A stretch of 64,000 nucleotides of DNA from Octopus bimaculoides (lineage: Eukaryota): NCBI RefSeq assembly GCF_001194135.2, contig NC_069001.1:15864423-15928422 (forward strand), read 5' to 3'. The position numbers and the translations under genes were made by a program. The notes below the pieces were generated by a model that worked only from the letters and a program-made list of their open reading frames with translations, did no database searches and was not told the DNA's origin. This document shows positions 37,901-50,937 of this stretch, piece after piece (position 1 is the stretch's first letter; each line of letters begins with the position of its first letter).

Positions 37901-39919
37901 TGTTATGTTTACCATATTTTTCAAAACTGTACATAAAATCTGCATATTTTCAATGTAGTTAATGATATTATGTCTTTAATGTCAGTGGCAGTGATGGTAT
38001 TTCTGACTTTCAAAGGCTGCATTGTTACCAATGTTACATCATGGAATATAAGAAAATAGTTTTTATAAGTCCTTGACAGAAAATTATGCAGGTAGGCACT
38101 GGTGGATATTATAACATATACATGTGTCTACTTATAGCAGGTGAGTGAATAGTTAATCAGTGTAGAAAGGGTGTGGGGTAATGGGAGAGTAAATTCTAGT
38201 GAATGATTGGCAATATGACAACAACTGTAATCTTTACACATCCTTCTGCAAATAGCATTAAAAATGAACCAAAAGACCTACAAAGTCCTATTTCTGACAG
38301 GTTATGCAACCAAATGGCAACTCCCACATTGGTGTGTGTGACATGTCAGTTCTAAGAGTGAGAGAGAGAGAGAGAGCAGACTTATAATCAAAGGCATTCC
38401 AGTTGTAACCATTCCATCTTTATACTTTACAAGATACTGTTTTTCGATTTTTGATCTTTAAGCACATGGAAAAATACAAAGATTACGAATGTGAGAAATA
38501 TAATTTGTTTTTGAAAATTTAATTTTTCTGAAAGAAATACTGAATGCCCCTTCCCCACCTCAGCCACCCATCAGCGACCTGCTTTGGGATGAAATGCAAA
38601 TCTTCTGTATGGGAAATATAAGAATGTGAGTAAATTGAAGAAAGAAATAAGTGTGTGTGTGAGACGGNNNNNNNNNNNNNNNNGGGGGGGGGGGGTACAC
38701 AAATGTCATCTCAGACATGCTAGAAACAACAGGTAAACAAATGACACCAGTCATACAGAAATTAGTGTCATTTCTTTTGCAATCTTTTGCGAAGACATGT
38801 CCAATAAATAAGTTATTCATGTTTGAAGAAGAGGGAATATTAAACTCGCTTGGAAACAGGTGAGGGTTGACAACAAGAGCAAACATCCAGCCATAGAAAA
38901 TTAGCCTCCGCAAATCTTAATCTGACCTATCCAAGCTCAGGAAAGTGGATGCTAAAAGAACAATGTTGATATGTAAGTAATATTCCAGTGACAGGATTAT
39001 TGTCAAAATTAAAATTTCAACATGCAGTGACAAAAAAGTTTACCATTATTTGACTAAGGTGGCGGGCTGGCAGCATTGTTAGCATGCTGGGCAAAATGTT
39101 TAGTGGAATTTCATCAGGCTCTATGTTCTGAGTTCAAATGCCATCAAGGTCTACTTTGCTTTTCATCCTTTCTGGGTCACTAAAATAAGTACCTATGGTG
39201 GACTGGGGTTGATGTAATTGACTAATCTCCTCTGCCAAAACTTCAGGCCTTGTGCCTATTGGAGAAAGAATTATTATTATTGGCAGCTAGCAGAATCATT
39301 GACACATAGGCAAAATGCTTATTTCACTCATCTTTATGTTCTGAGTTCAAATGCTACCAGGGTCAGCTTTGCCTTTCATCCTTTCAGTGTTGATAAAATA
39401 AGTACCAGTTTAGTACTGGGGTTGATGTAATCGATTTACTCCCTCCTCTGAAATTTCAGACCTTGTGCCCATAGTAGAAAAGATTATTTGTCTAACTAAA
39501 GTAGTGAGCTGGCAGAATTGTTGAAGCATTGGAAAAATTCTTTGTGATATTTCTTTCAGGTCTTTACATTCTGAGTTCAGATCTCAACAAAGTCAATGTG
39601 GCCTTTCAGCCTTTTGGGGTCAATAACACAGAGTACCAGTCAAGTACTGGAGCCAATGGTATCAACTGAGACCCTTCCCTGAAAATTGCAGGTTTGTGCT
39701 AAAATTAGAAAGAATTAGTCTAACTGGTTCATCAAGTTTTTCAGTCTCCAGGACAGCACCATTCTCTCTGATCCACTTTTAGCTGTATAACTTTTGACTC
39801 TACTGAATGAAGCTCATCTTTACCTGAGATCTCAAGTCTGCTAGTTAATACTGTTCATTGCAAAGAGATCACATACATGCATGCATATGCGCACATACAC
39901 AGATGCATGCTCATACACA

Positions 39920-40140
39920 TGCAAGGGAGGATTGAAAAGTTCCTGGCTTTAATGATATCATGAAAGGCTTGGTTGGAGACTCAACTTTCTGAGTTCTTTT
40001 ACAAGGCTTAGAAAAACTGAAGGACTGCTGCAATAAGTGTGTAAATTTGAGAAGGGAATATGTTGAATAAAATCATAATTAACTGATCCTCCAGTATTTT
40101 GTTTTACCAAAAGCCATGAAGTTTTCAATATCCCCTCATA
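39920..40140. mobile_element. Mariner-derived MITE
   Basis: Imperfect TIRs AAGGGAGGATTGAAAAGTTCCTGGCTTT / AAAGCCATGAAGTTTTCAATATCCCCTCATA. Confidence 0.7.
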
Positions 40141-40157
40141 CACGCATGCACACACTT

Positions 40158-40194
<37 letters not shown>

Positions 40195-41384
40195 AATGAA
40201 TAGTTACTGAAAACTATTTGGAATATGAAAATGTCTTTGAAGTACAAAGTCGGTTAAAACATTTATTGGATATTTTACATTGAAATTAAGATTTTTGTAT
40301 TAAAAAATTCAAAAAAGAAAGAAAGAAAACCTAAACTTCATTAAAAAGACAATTTGTAAAAATAAAAAGCAAAATTTACAAATACTTTGTCTCAAAGAAT
40401 TTTACATTGATATTCTTCTAAATGTAAATAAACCATGAAAATGTTGAAAGAAATTATTTACAATTTGTTGAAACAATATACAATTCTCCTTTCAAATGAA
40501 AGAAGACTGGTGGGAGAAAAGGGGAGGTGTAATGAATAAGAACAAAAAGTTGTTGTTTAACCTTTTATTAGTCTTGACCAAGCTGAACTGTCTTTATGGA
40601 AGTCTCTCAAGCTATGATAATCCTGTGTTATTTTCTCATGAGTGGTGTACCCTAGATCAAAGGTTTGAGGTTGCAATAAAGAGGAGAAGAATATACTTTC
40701 TCTGTTTGTTGTACCTACTGAAATGCTATGCCACACCCAGGCCTTATGAAAAAGGAGCTTCAGTTTATACATTATCCAATAATGGGCCCACAGATCCAAG
40801 GAGAGACCTGAAGATCCAAGGAAGGATTCAGAGATGTAAAGAGTGTCTCAGAGATTGAAAAGAGAAGGAAAAAAGGACAAATTGCCACTTTTAATAAAAC
40901 TTAGAGGGTTTCTAACTTTTTAAACATGTCAAATGCCTTTAAGAAGCAAAGTTATATGGACATAAAATCCACTCTGTCATCTCATTAACCATTTTGATTT
41001 GAATCCACTTGAGACAGCTCATAGCTCTATGACACAAACTTACTGCTTTAAAGTGATGTAGAAACCAAAACCAAATTAGACAAGAACCTGGTGCAGCTCT
41101 TCAGCTTGCCAGCTTTCTATTATAGGCACAAGGCCTGAAATTTGTGTGGAGGGGACTAGTTGATTACATTGACCCCAGTACTCAACTGGTACTTATGTTA
41201 TTGACCCCGAACGAATGAAAGATAAAGTCAACCTTGGCAGAATTTGAACCCAGAACGTAGAGACAAACAAAATATCACTAAGCATTTTGTCTGGCATGCT
41301 AACGATTCTGCCAGCTCACTGCCTTAATAATAATAATAATAATGATAATAATAGTAATGATAATAATAATAATAATAATGATGC

Positions 41385-41418
<34 letters not shown>

Positions 41419-43098
41419 AATGATTTAGGTACAAGGCCAGCAATTTTGAGGGGAAGGATTTAGTCAGTGCTATTGATCCAAGTGCTTGATTGGTACTTTA
41501 TTTTATTTATCTTGGAATGATGAATAGCTAAGTTGACTTTGGTGGGATTCGAACTCAGCACATAAAGACCCAAAAGAAATATCACAAATCATTTTTCTGC
41601 TGCTTTAATGAGATTGCTTAAACTTTTCTCCATTAAATGTGACTTTGTGCAAAAAATTAATATGCTAAATATTTTGAGTCTTGCAATCCAATGGGTTACG
41701 AGAGGCAGTCTTAATAATTTCATCTTAGAAGGGGTGATAAGATATAAACCATCAAGCTATGCAAATATTTGTAAATTGCATAGACCTGCCAGATATTGTT
41801 GACAACTTTTCTTGCTGTTTCCAAAGTTCTGAGAAGAGCCAATCTGTGCAGACTTACAGATCATGTATTCTGACTGTTAGAATAAATACCTAGAGACAGC
41901 TATACAATGGATACCACTAGAGGGATGAAGAAAGGGAGAGAGACCTCAAAAGACATGGAGCACCATGTTCAAAGAAGATCTGAAGTGACTCAACATTTAC
42001 CTTGGGAAATACTGGTGAGACATCTTACTGCTGCCTAATGTACAGGTCAACTGAGTGGCGGGGGGACTAAGACAGACCTTCCATTGTTTTATAGCACTGA
42101 TCTATACTAACCAATGTATCAGTTTACAGTTAGGTGGACTGTACCATTTGATGATTAAATATTTAGGTGCTTTAGCTGGTAACAGGACTTGAACCAATCA
42201 CTGTTCTGTAAGCAAGCAGTCCGATGTCATAGTGACTAGACTATCTTTTATTAGTTTCAGTCATTAGACTGTGGCCATGCTGGGGCACTGCCTTAAAGAA
42301 TTTTTAGTCAAATGAATTAACCCCAGTACTTATTCTTTTTTTAAGCCTGGTACTTATCCTATTAGTCTCTGTTGCCAAACTGCTATGTTACAGGAATGTA
42401 AACACACCAACACTGGTTGTCAAGCAGTGGTGTTGGACAGACACAGACACAAAGGTACACACATACAGCTATGTATTTTTATACACGACGGGCTTCTTTC
42501 AGTTTCCGTCTACCAAATTCACTCACAAGGCTTTGGGCAGCCTGAGGCTATAGTAGAAGACATTTGCCCAAGGTGCCATGTAAGTGGGACTGAACCTAGA
42601 ACCATGTGGTTAGGAAGCTTCTTATTACACAGCCAGGTTTTCAAACTAGATAGCAGATAATAGTAAAAAAAAACTTTAATTTTATTATCTATATACACGC
42701 ACAAGATTTAATGTCAGTTTTAATGTAGAAGATTAAATACAAATAACTTAGGTAATAGTCATATGATTGTAACTATAGCAATAGCCACTCGCATGAATGT
42801 TGTTATGGTAACAGCTAATTACATAACAGTAAATTAAATTCAGTTGAATTTAAAATCTGGTTGAATGTAGAAGATAAGAAATTGAAGAATACTAAACCAT
42901 TTTTTTGCAAATTAAATTTAGACAAATTCAGCATTAATGTAATAATACATTGTCATGGTAACAAAATCAGAATATATGTACATTTAAAAATAAAAAAAAA
43001 ATATTTGGAGAAAATTCTTATGGTTTCCTCTCCATACTTTAATTCTGCTGTAAGTTTTATTATTTTGTTTCAAAGACAAGATTTTGAAAATTATTTAA

Positions 43099-43400
43099 GA
43101 CTAGCAGAAGTGCCCGGTGTTGCTCGGGGCTTAATTGCTGTTAATGATTCTACTCAATTATGATTATTGAGGCAAAGATTGATATAAGTTAACGCCCAAC
43201 CAATCAATTTGCAACTGGATAGAAAGCCCTGCAAAGAGCATTGCAACACTCTCAATAAAAAACCTTACTTCTAAATTTTATGCTAATTTATGTCCCAAAA
43301 GTCAGTTTTACAGTGATGAAGTTATTTTACCAAATTATTCATTATTTTAAAAATTAATTGAAACAAAGGAAATGAACAGGGAAAAAGTCTTAAAAAAAAG
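43099..43400 (+). mobile_element. Possible non-autonomous Helitron-like fragment
   Basis: Terminal motif ACTAGCAGAAGTGCCCGGTGTTGCTCGGG with a small CCCG/CGGG hairpin, resembling invertebrate Helitron-N ends. Other end not found. Confidence 0.35.
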
Positions 43401-43949
43401 AAGAAGAAGAAGAAGAAATGAGGGTGTCTTGTCACTACATCCTTCAAAACTTCCATGCTTACTGAAATTCACCAACAGTACATCTGATGCCCCACACCCA
43501 TGTTTCTTCTTTTAAAGACTTCTCCACTGTTCACTTCCAATTCTTCTCATTAGTTGTCTGAATGTTTAAATTAGTGGTTCTCAACTAGGGTCCATATAAG
43601 ATTTTTAGGGTCCATGCAACAAAATAGTAAATTGGGGATCAACAATAGTATTTGAAGGGCCCCTGAAGAATTTTGGTTTAGATGTATGTAATATTTTACA
43701 TAGTTCAACTTCCACAAGTTAATGTGTGAAAAACTAAATAGAATTTTGAATGAAGTTTCCATAAAACTAGTTTTTAAACATTGAATGGCTATAGGGGTCC
43801 ACCAGAATAAAATAGTAATAAAAAGGGGTCCATAGGTAAAAAAAAATGATTGAGAACTCCTGCTTTAGATGTATGTATTGGTAAGTATTGCAAGAAACAG
43901 GTTTCTTTCTCTAACATCTCACATAATTCAACCCACACAGGTTAATGTG

Positions 43950-44080
43950 GGAGGGAGGAAGGAAGGCAGGAAGGAGTGAGGGGGGAGGGGGAGGGAGGAA
44001 GGAAAAGGGGAAGGAAGGGAGAAAGGAGGGGAAGAAGTAAGGAAGGAAGGAAGGAAGGAGGGGAAAGAAGAAGGAAGGAA
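43950..44080 (+). repeat. (GGAA/GGGA)n polypurine tract
   Basis: About 130 bp almost entirely G and A. Confidence 0.9.
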
Positions 44081-44539
44081 TATTCTGTTTCAATATTTTG
44101 GTCCCAAAATACACATTGGTGTAATTTATAAAATGAACTTTTAAGAATTTTTTTTAAAAAATGGAATGAAAGGAATTGCTTAATTGTTGGAAAGGACACC
44201 TGAGTTGTAGCTAGTGATATTAAAATGTAATTGGAATTGAACACAGAGATAAATTTGCAAAAGAAATTTTAAGCAAAAAATGTATGCACTTCAGTGCACA
44301 TGCACTACACACACACACACACACACACACACTATCAACTAGTGACAATGTCCTGTGGTTTGTTACTAATAACAGTCAAATTAATCACAGATCACATCCT
44401 ACTATCATTTCAAGACTTAGGACATTTTGGTTAAGGTGGTCATTTTTGTATAATGCCTTGAAAAAGAAAACACAAAGACAGGATGGTCATAACTGGAACA
44501 TCTCTACTCAATAAGAAGTTGGCTTGAGGTTAAGCAACA

Positions 44540-44577
<38 letters not shown>

Positions 44578-45569
44578 TCAGGGCCAGTTTTAAGCCAATT
44601 AGATTTGTTTAAATTGGGCCCTGTGCTCTGATGCTTTGATGAATTTTTAAGATATCATTGTGGTTAATAGTGGGGCCTCAAGTTTCAATGCTTTTTGTCT
44701 TGGACTGGTGTACTACATGAAGCATAAAACATCAATCTTCAACACTTTAAGTGTCAGCCCTGCATACAGAGTCTATATATAAGGAATCAAAAAAAGTTGG
44801 AAGGAATAAAAACGATCTGAAGGTAACATCAATAAATTGTGGAAAATAGTTACCAAAGTGAAAAGTATATATATGTGAACATTTTGTATATCTCCATCTT
44901 TGAGTTAAATTTCAAACTTTCAAACTTGTCTTAGATTAATTTTATCTACAAGAGATTGTCTCCCTTGTGATAGTTGACCATCACGAGTACACCACGTTTG
45001 AGAGAAAAAAAGTCTGTACATGAAATGTAATTAAAATAAAGCTATGGATTGTCAATGAAAAAGACAATTAGATTTATAAATATATTTGAAAAATGGGCAA
45101 GAACCGGACTAAAACACGAAAAAGTGCTTATGCGAACATGAAGAGTTTGAGGCCTTTGAAATGAAAAGAAAAAAATGCTGTCACAATTAGAGAGAATGGA
45201 AAAAAATAACCCGAAGAAGAAAACCTATGTGAAATGATACTTGAATATCGGTTGTCTGGGTCTAAAATATCAATCTTTCATTAATGTTATAGCAGAAAAT
45301 TGAAAATGCAACTCCTTGAAATGTAGCTGGTGATGCAGAAAATTAAACAAAGGTAACTAATAAAGATTTTGGAAATGGAATGTAATACATAGAATTTCTA
45401 CTAAAGACAAACATTAAAAAAAAAAGAAAAAGCTTAATCATTCTAATATATAAGAAACAATTTACCCACACAAGTTTTCAATATCAAAATGTAAATATTT
45501 AAACGCAAATCTTCCAAAAAATCATATTACAACATGAATGACAGCATAAGATTCCAGATCAACTGCAGT

Positions 45570-45699
45570 ATGATACACACACACACACACACAAATACAC
45601 ACACACACGCACATACATACACACACACACATACGTACATACATATATACATACATATAAATACATATATATATATATACATAAATACACACACATGTA

Positions 45700-45769
<70 letters not shown>

Positions 45770-45860
45770 TATATGTATATATATGTGTGTGTGTGTATAT
45801 ATATATATGTATATATATATATGTATATATATATATGTACATATACACACACACACTATA
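45570..45860. repeat. Compound (CA)n/(TA)n/(TG)n microsatellite
   Basis: About 290 bp of alternating purine-pyrimidine; explains the spurious HT/YI-rich ORFs. Confidence 0.95.
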
Positions 45861-46681
45861 GTTAGATATTTTCACTAAACCTTTCCATTGTCATGATTGT
45901 ACTTGAAATTGACTGAAAAATGTTGGTAACTCCACCAATAAAGATTGAAGTTGGAAGATGGAGAGAGGAACAGAAAGGAAGGCTGGGATTGCAGAAGATA
46001 AGGAAGGGAAATGGATGAGCAACATCCCATATCAGTAGTTCTCAATGTTTTTGACTCGTGTCACACTGGAAATTAACTCTTTCACTATAAAATAACATTT
46101 CATGGTTATTCCAGTAATGATGTTAAACATCTACCAAAAGATGGTGTTTTTTTCTTCTTTTTCTGCAAGTCATTTTGCTTCAGTAAGCTTGACATATCTC
46201 AACAGAAAATAGTTTCAAAACATGACATCTTGCCACAAAAGATAAATTGGTATACAAAACTACTTTCTGCAGTTAAGGGTAATGAAATTTTGAGTGGATA
46301 TATCTGATTTTCATGTTAAAGGGGTTAAATATAAAATTTAAAAATTCATTGACACATTTCACATGGACAGCTTGAAGGAATAAATTATTTTAAAGATTAA
46401 AATTTACCTTGTTTTATTAGCCATAATTTAATGGAAACAGTAATAAAGCTGGGCACAAAAGTTTTTGATGAAGTTAAGTGCAATTTTGGTTGAGTGAACA
46501 TACAAACTATCAACCTTTACAATACGTCAATGTCAATGTTGTTTAGCCCTGATCAAGCAGACCTATGATCAAAACCGTTCCTGCCCTGGCCATCCTATAT
46601 ATTTTTTTGGTAGACAGTATATCTAGGTATACATTATACAATGTGTCTATCCTTCCCTTATTCCTTGTTAAGACTCTAGAG

Positions 46682-46933
46682 CAGTGTTTCTCAACCATTT
46701 TTTACCTATGGAGCCCTTTGATTTCGATTTTACTCAGATGTACCCTCTTAGACATCAGATGTTTTTAAAAAAATCATATTTTTTTAAAATTAAATATTAT
46801 TAGGAACTGTATAAACAAAATTAAAATATTTTGTATAATTTAGAAATATAACCAATTAATTGCAGGTAAATTTTAACAACAAAAGCTTATATGGATCCCC
46901 AAGGGCCACATGGACCCCAGCTGAGAACCATTG
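46682..46933. mobile_element. hAT/Charlie-like MITE with perfect 8-bp TSD
   Basis: CTCTAGAG (46674-81) | CAGTGTTTCTCAACC ... GCTGAGAACCATTG | CTCTAGAG (46934-41). NTCTAGAN is the Charlie target signature. Confidence 0.85.
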
Positions 46934-48219
46934 CTCTAGAGTATAATTTAGCTGTTGTTTACAGTAAAGGTAAGACAAGTCACACAGGGACCACATTTAC
47001 TCATTGTATCAGTGAAATTGGAGAAGAGAAGATATAAATAGGTTTAGTATAAACCATGGAACCTCTTTAGAGAATTCTGGTCCCGCAACCACAAAAGACC
47101 AAAAAGGTATCAGGGATCACAATATAATACAGTTCACGATGAGATAGATAGTGGTCAATCAGTAAAATGGCCTTACCAAATTGCATTTGATGTGTAATGT
47201 AAAAACATGTCATGTAGGTTGGCAGCATCTTGCTATTATTGTTTACCATATCAAGCCTTAAGCATTTAATCCAGCCATATCTGGGCCAAATAGCCTACTT
47301 CTTTTAACTGACCGGATACAACCTCCAACACCTACCCTACAATGTCATTCTAAACATATAAAAACACACCGTTGACATTTTGAAGCTACAAAATAATGTG
47401 TGATTAATTCAAAGCAATGTGAAAAATAGGCAATACATTTGAGAGAGTAGTTTGAATGCTAAAGGATTGAAGGATTGAATCAAGAGGAAAAAATTACAAA
47501 ATAATGCTTCTTTTTAACCCTTTAGCATTCAGACTAACCATATCCAGTCCAAATATTCTTCTACCTGTTTTATGTTCAAACCGGCCAAATCCAGCCTCTC
47601 ACACCTATCCTCCAATGTTGTTCTAAAAATAAACCATCCCATCATTGAAATCTCAAAGATACAAGATGAGTCAGGATTAATTTTTAAAAAAATGTGAATA
47701 AATAAGCATTACATGTGACAGAGTAATCTGAACGCTGAAAGGTTAAACCTAACATCAATTCCATAACTCATAATCGACGGAGTAACCAGGTGTGCTCCCA
47801 AGGCTTGAACACACCGTTGATCAAAATCATTTTAGCCATGACTATTGGACCCGTTTTTTGTTTACCCTAAGCACAGTGTATCCCAAACTGCAATAACCAT
47901 TGCATGTTTTCTTCTTTTTTAAGACAGTCAAGTGTGATTTGAGGGAAATTTGCCAGTTATTTGATGAGTTTAATTCTTGAGCATTTAAACTGGACTAGGT
48001 ATTCTACCTGTTTTATGTTCAAAGCAGCCAAATCTGGCTTTTCACACCTACCCTATAATGTCATTCATGGGTCCGTGGCAAGAAGTTTGCTTTCCAGCCA
48101 CATGGTTCTGCGTTCAGTCCCACTGTGTGGCACCTTGGGTAAGTGTCTTCTACTATAGCCTTGGGTTGACCAAAGCTTTGTAAATGGATTTGGTAGATAG
48201 AAACTGAAAGAAGCCTATT

Positions 48220-48258
<39 letters not shown>

Positions 48259-49982
48259 ATATCCCCACAACTTAGTGGTTCAGCAGCAGAGACTGATGCA
48301 ATAAGTACCAGGCTTAATAAAAAAAAGGACTAGGGTCGATTCATTCAATTAAGAATTCTTTAAGGTAATGCCCCAGCATGGCCATAGCCTAAAGACTAAA
48401 ACAAGTAAAAGATATCATTGAAATCTTGAAGCTATGAGATAATGTGTGATTAATTTGAAACAATGTAAATAAGCATTATATATGACAGTAAAATCAATGC
48501 TGAAGGGTTAACTTTCAACATTCTCTTGGTGAAAACTTTCTAAGTCAAAGCGCAGTCCTCTAATGATTGTTACAAAACTAAAATGAGTGAGATGACAGGA
48601 TTAGAGTTTTCTCCCTTCAAAATGAATGTAAGCAAGGTTAGTATGGTTCATATGATATTGTGTTTCAGGATTCTTTGACTACCTGTGCAATCCCATGTAG
48701 TACAGTGTCTCAAAGAAAAGAATTAATGATGTGTTAGCTGATAGGATGTCAGGATATGTAATTAGCCCTTTAGCATTCAGATTACTCTGTCAAATGTAAC
48801 TCTTATTCACACTGTTTACATTATCTCATAGTGGGTGTGAAAGGCTGGATCTGGCCAGTTTGAACATAAAACAGATAGAATCTTTGGGCCTGATATGGTT
48901 GGTTCAAATGCTAAAAGGTTAAGGTTACATGGACAGTATTGTAATAATTGCTTAATTGGGGTAACAAATAATGTAAAATATCAATATTAACAATGATATA
49001 GAGATAATCAATAATCAATCATGATATCGACAATACTTATAGAAGTAGTGATTGAGAGATTTTTATAGACCCAGGTCAGAAATGTTTGATCAGACCTATA
49101 AGCTACAGGTATTCCTGTTGTTTTTACATATCTGGGGCTAAATTGTGTCCTTCCTTTAGAATAGTAGGGTGTGATTTCAAACACATTTCCCTGGTATTTC
49201 TAGTAACAGAGCCTTAATGGATGAGGTTTTTGTTACTTAAATTGTCTGCCTGTAAGTTAACACACAACATCAATATAACAACTAGTTACTTTGGTAGCCT
49301 GACAAAACGCTTTGACTGTATAGATGAGTGTTGTAAGGAACCTCACCAGAATCGTTAATTATATCAACACTAATCATCATCATCATCATTTAATGCCCGT
49401 TTTCCTTGCTGGCAATGGTTTGGACAATTGGACTGGAGCTGGTAAGGCCAAACACTGCACCAGGCTCCAGTGTCTGTTCTAGCATGGTTTCTATGGCTGG
49501 ATGCCTTTCCTAATGCTAACCACTCCACAATGTACTGAGTGCTTTTTATGTGGCACCAGCATGTGTAGTATATGTGTATGTATGTGTATATGTATACAAA
49601 TGGAAGACAATATACTTGACATATACAGTTGAATTTATTTATTCATTCAAATATTTATGATTATAAATGCATAGATGCAGAAAACTGAGAGTAGTGATGG
49701 AATAAATCATCAGTTTCCGATGAAGGAACAAACACACACACACACACACACACATGGCTAGATATATCCACTCATATGGAGTTAATTAGCAGGCTTAATA
49801 TTGTAATAGTGAGTTTGTCATTTACTGAGACAAACTTAAGACAGATTTTTTATAGATAAACATCATAGATAAAAGGGGAAAATATCAATGATTTGATAAA
49901 AGATTTCAATAAAAAGATGCAATATAAAAATTAGGGCTAACTAATTAATAAGCTAATGACATGAAATAATAATAATAATAAT

Positions 49983-50937
49983 TTCAAATTTTGGCACAAG
50001 CCCAACATTTTCAGCGGGGGAGGGGGTTTAAATCGATTACCTTGACCCCAGTGTTTAACTGCTACTTATTTTATCGACCCTGAAAAGATGAAAGGTAAAG
50101 TCAACCTCAGCAGCATTTGAACTCAGAATGTAAAGACAAATTAAATGCTGCGAAGCATTTAGCCTGGCATGCTAACAATTCTGCCAACTTACTGCCTTCA
50201 TAATGATAATAATGATAATGATAAAAATAATAATAATAATAATAATGGTTTCAAATTTTGGCACACAGCCTGCAATTGTTGGAGAGTGGGTAAATCAATT
50301 ACATCGCCTCCTGTGCTCAACTGGTACGTATTTTATCAACCCTGAAAGGGTGAAAGGCAGAATCAACCTTGGAGGGATCTGAACTCAGAATGTGAAGACA
50401 GATGAAATGCCGCTATGCATTTTGTCTGGTGTGCTAACGAGCCTGCCAGCTCACTGCCTTAATGATAATAATAATAATAATAATTTATTTCTTTATTGCT
50501 CACAAGGGGCTAAACATAGAGGGGACAAACAAGGATAGACAAAGAGATTAAGTCGATTACATCGACCCCCAGTGCGTAACTGGTACTTTATTTATCGACC
50601 CCAAAAGGATGAAAGGCAAAGTCGACCTCGGTGGAATTTGAACACAGAACGTAACAGCAGACGAAATACTGCTAAGCATTTCGCCCGGCGTGCTAACAAT
50701 TCTGCCAGCTCGCCGCCCAATAATAATAATAATCATCCTTTCTCTAAAGGCACAAGGCCTGAAATTTTGTGGGAAAGGACTAGTAGATTACATCAACTCC
50801 AGTGTTTCACTGGTACTTAATATTTCAACCCTGAAAGGATACAAGGTAAAGTCAACCATGGCATAATTTGAACTCAGATAAAATACTGCCAACCATTTCA
50901 ACCAGTGTGCTAACAATTCTGCCAGTTCGCTGCCTTA
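49983..50937 (-). mobile_element. Array of four co-oriented family-A SINEs separated by (AAT)n
   Basis: Copies at ~49983-50207, 50247-50461, 50487-50718 and 50748-50937. Confidence 0.9.

Noticed and set aside
40496-40858. 120-aa + ORF
   Set aside because: It looks like a decayed LINE 3' fragment; no splice context or homology. The same applies to 41780-42100.
49710-49735. CCGATGAAGGAAC as a hammerhead core
   Set aside because: It is cut off by a (CA)n tract; no stem II or GAAA.
49983-50937. CRISPR-like or satellite array
   Set aside because: The units are diverged dispersed SINEs in a eukaryote, not repeat-spacer units.
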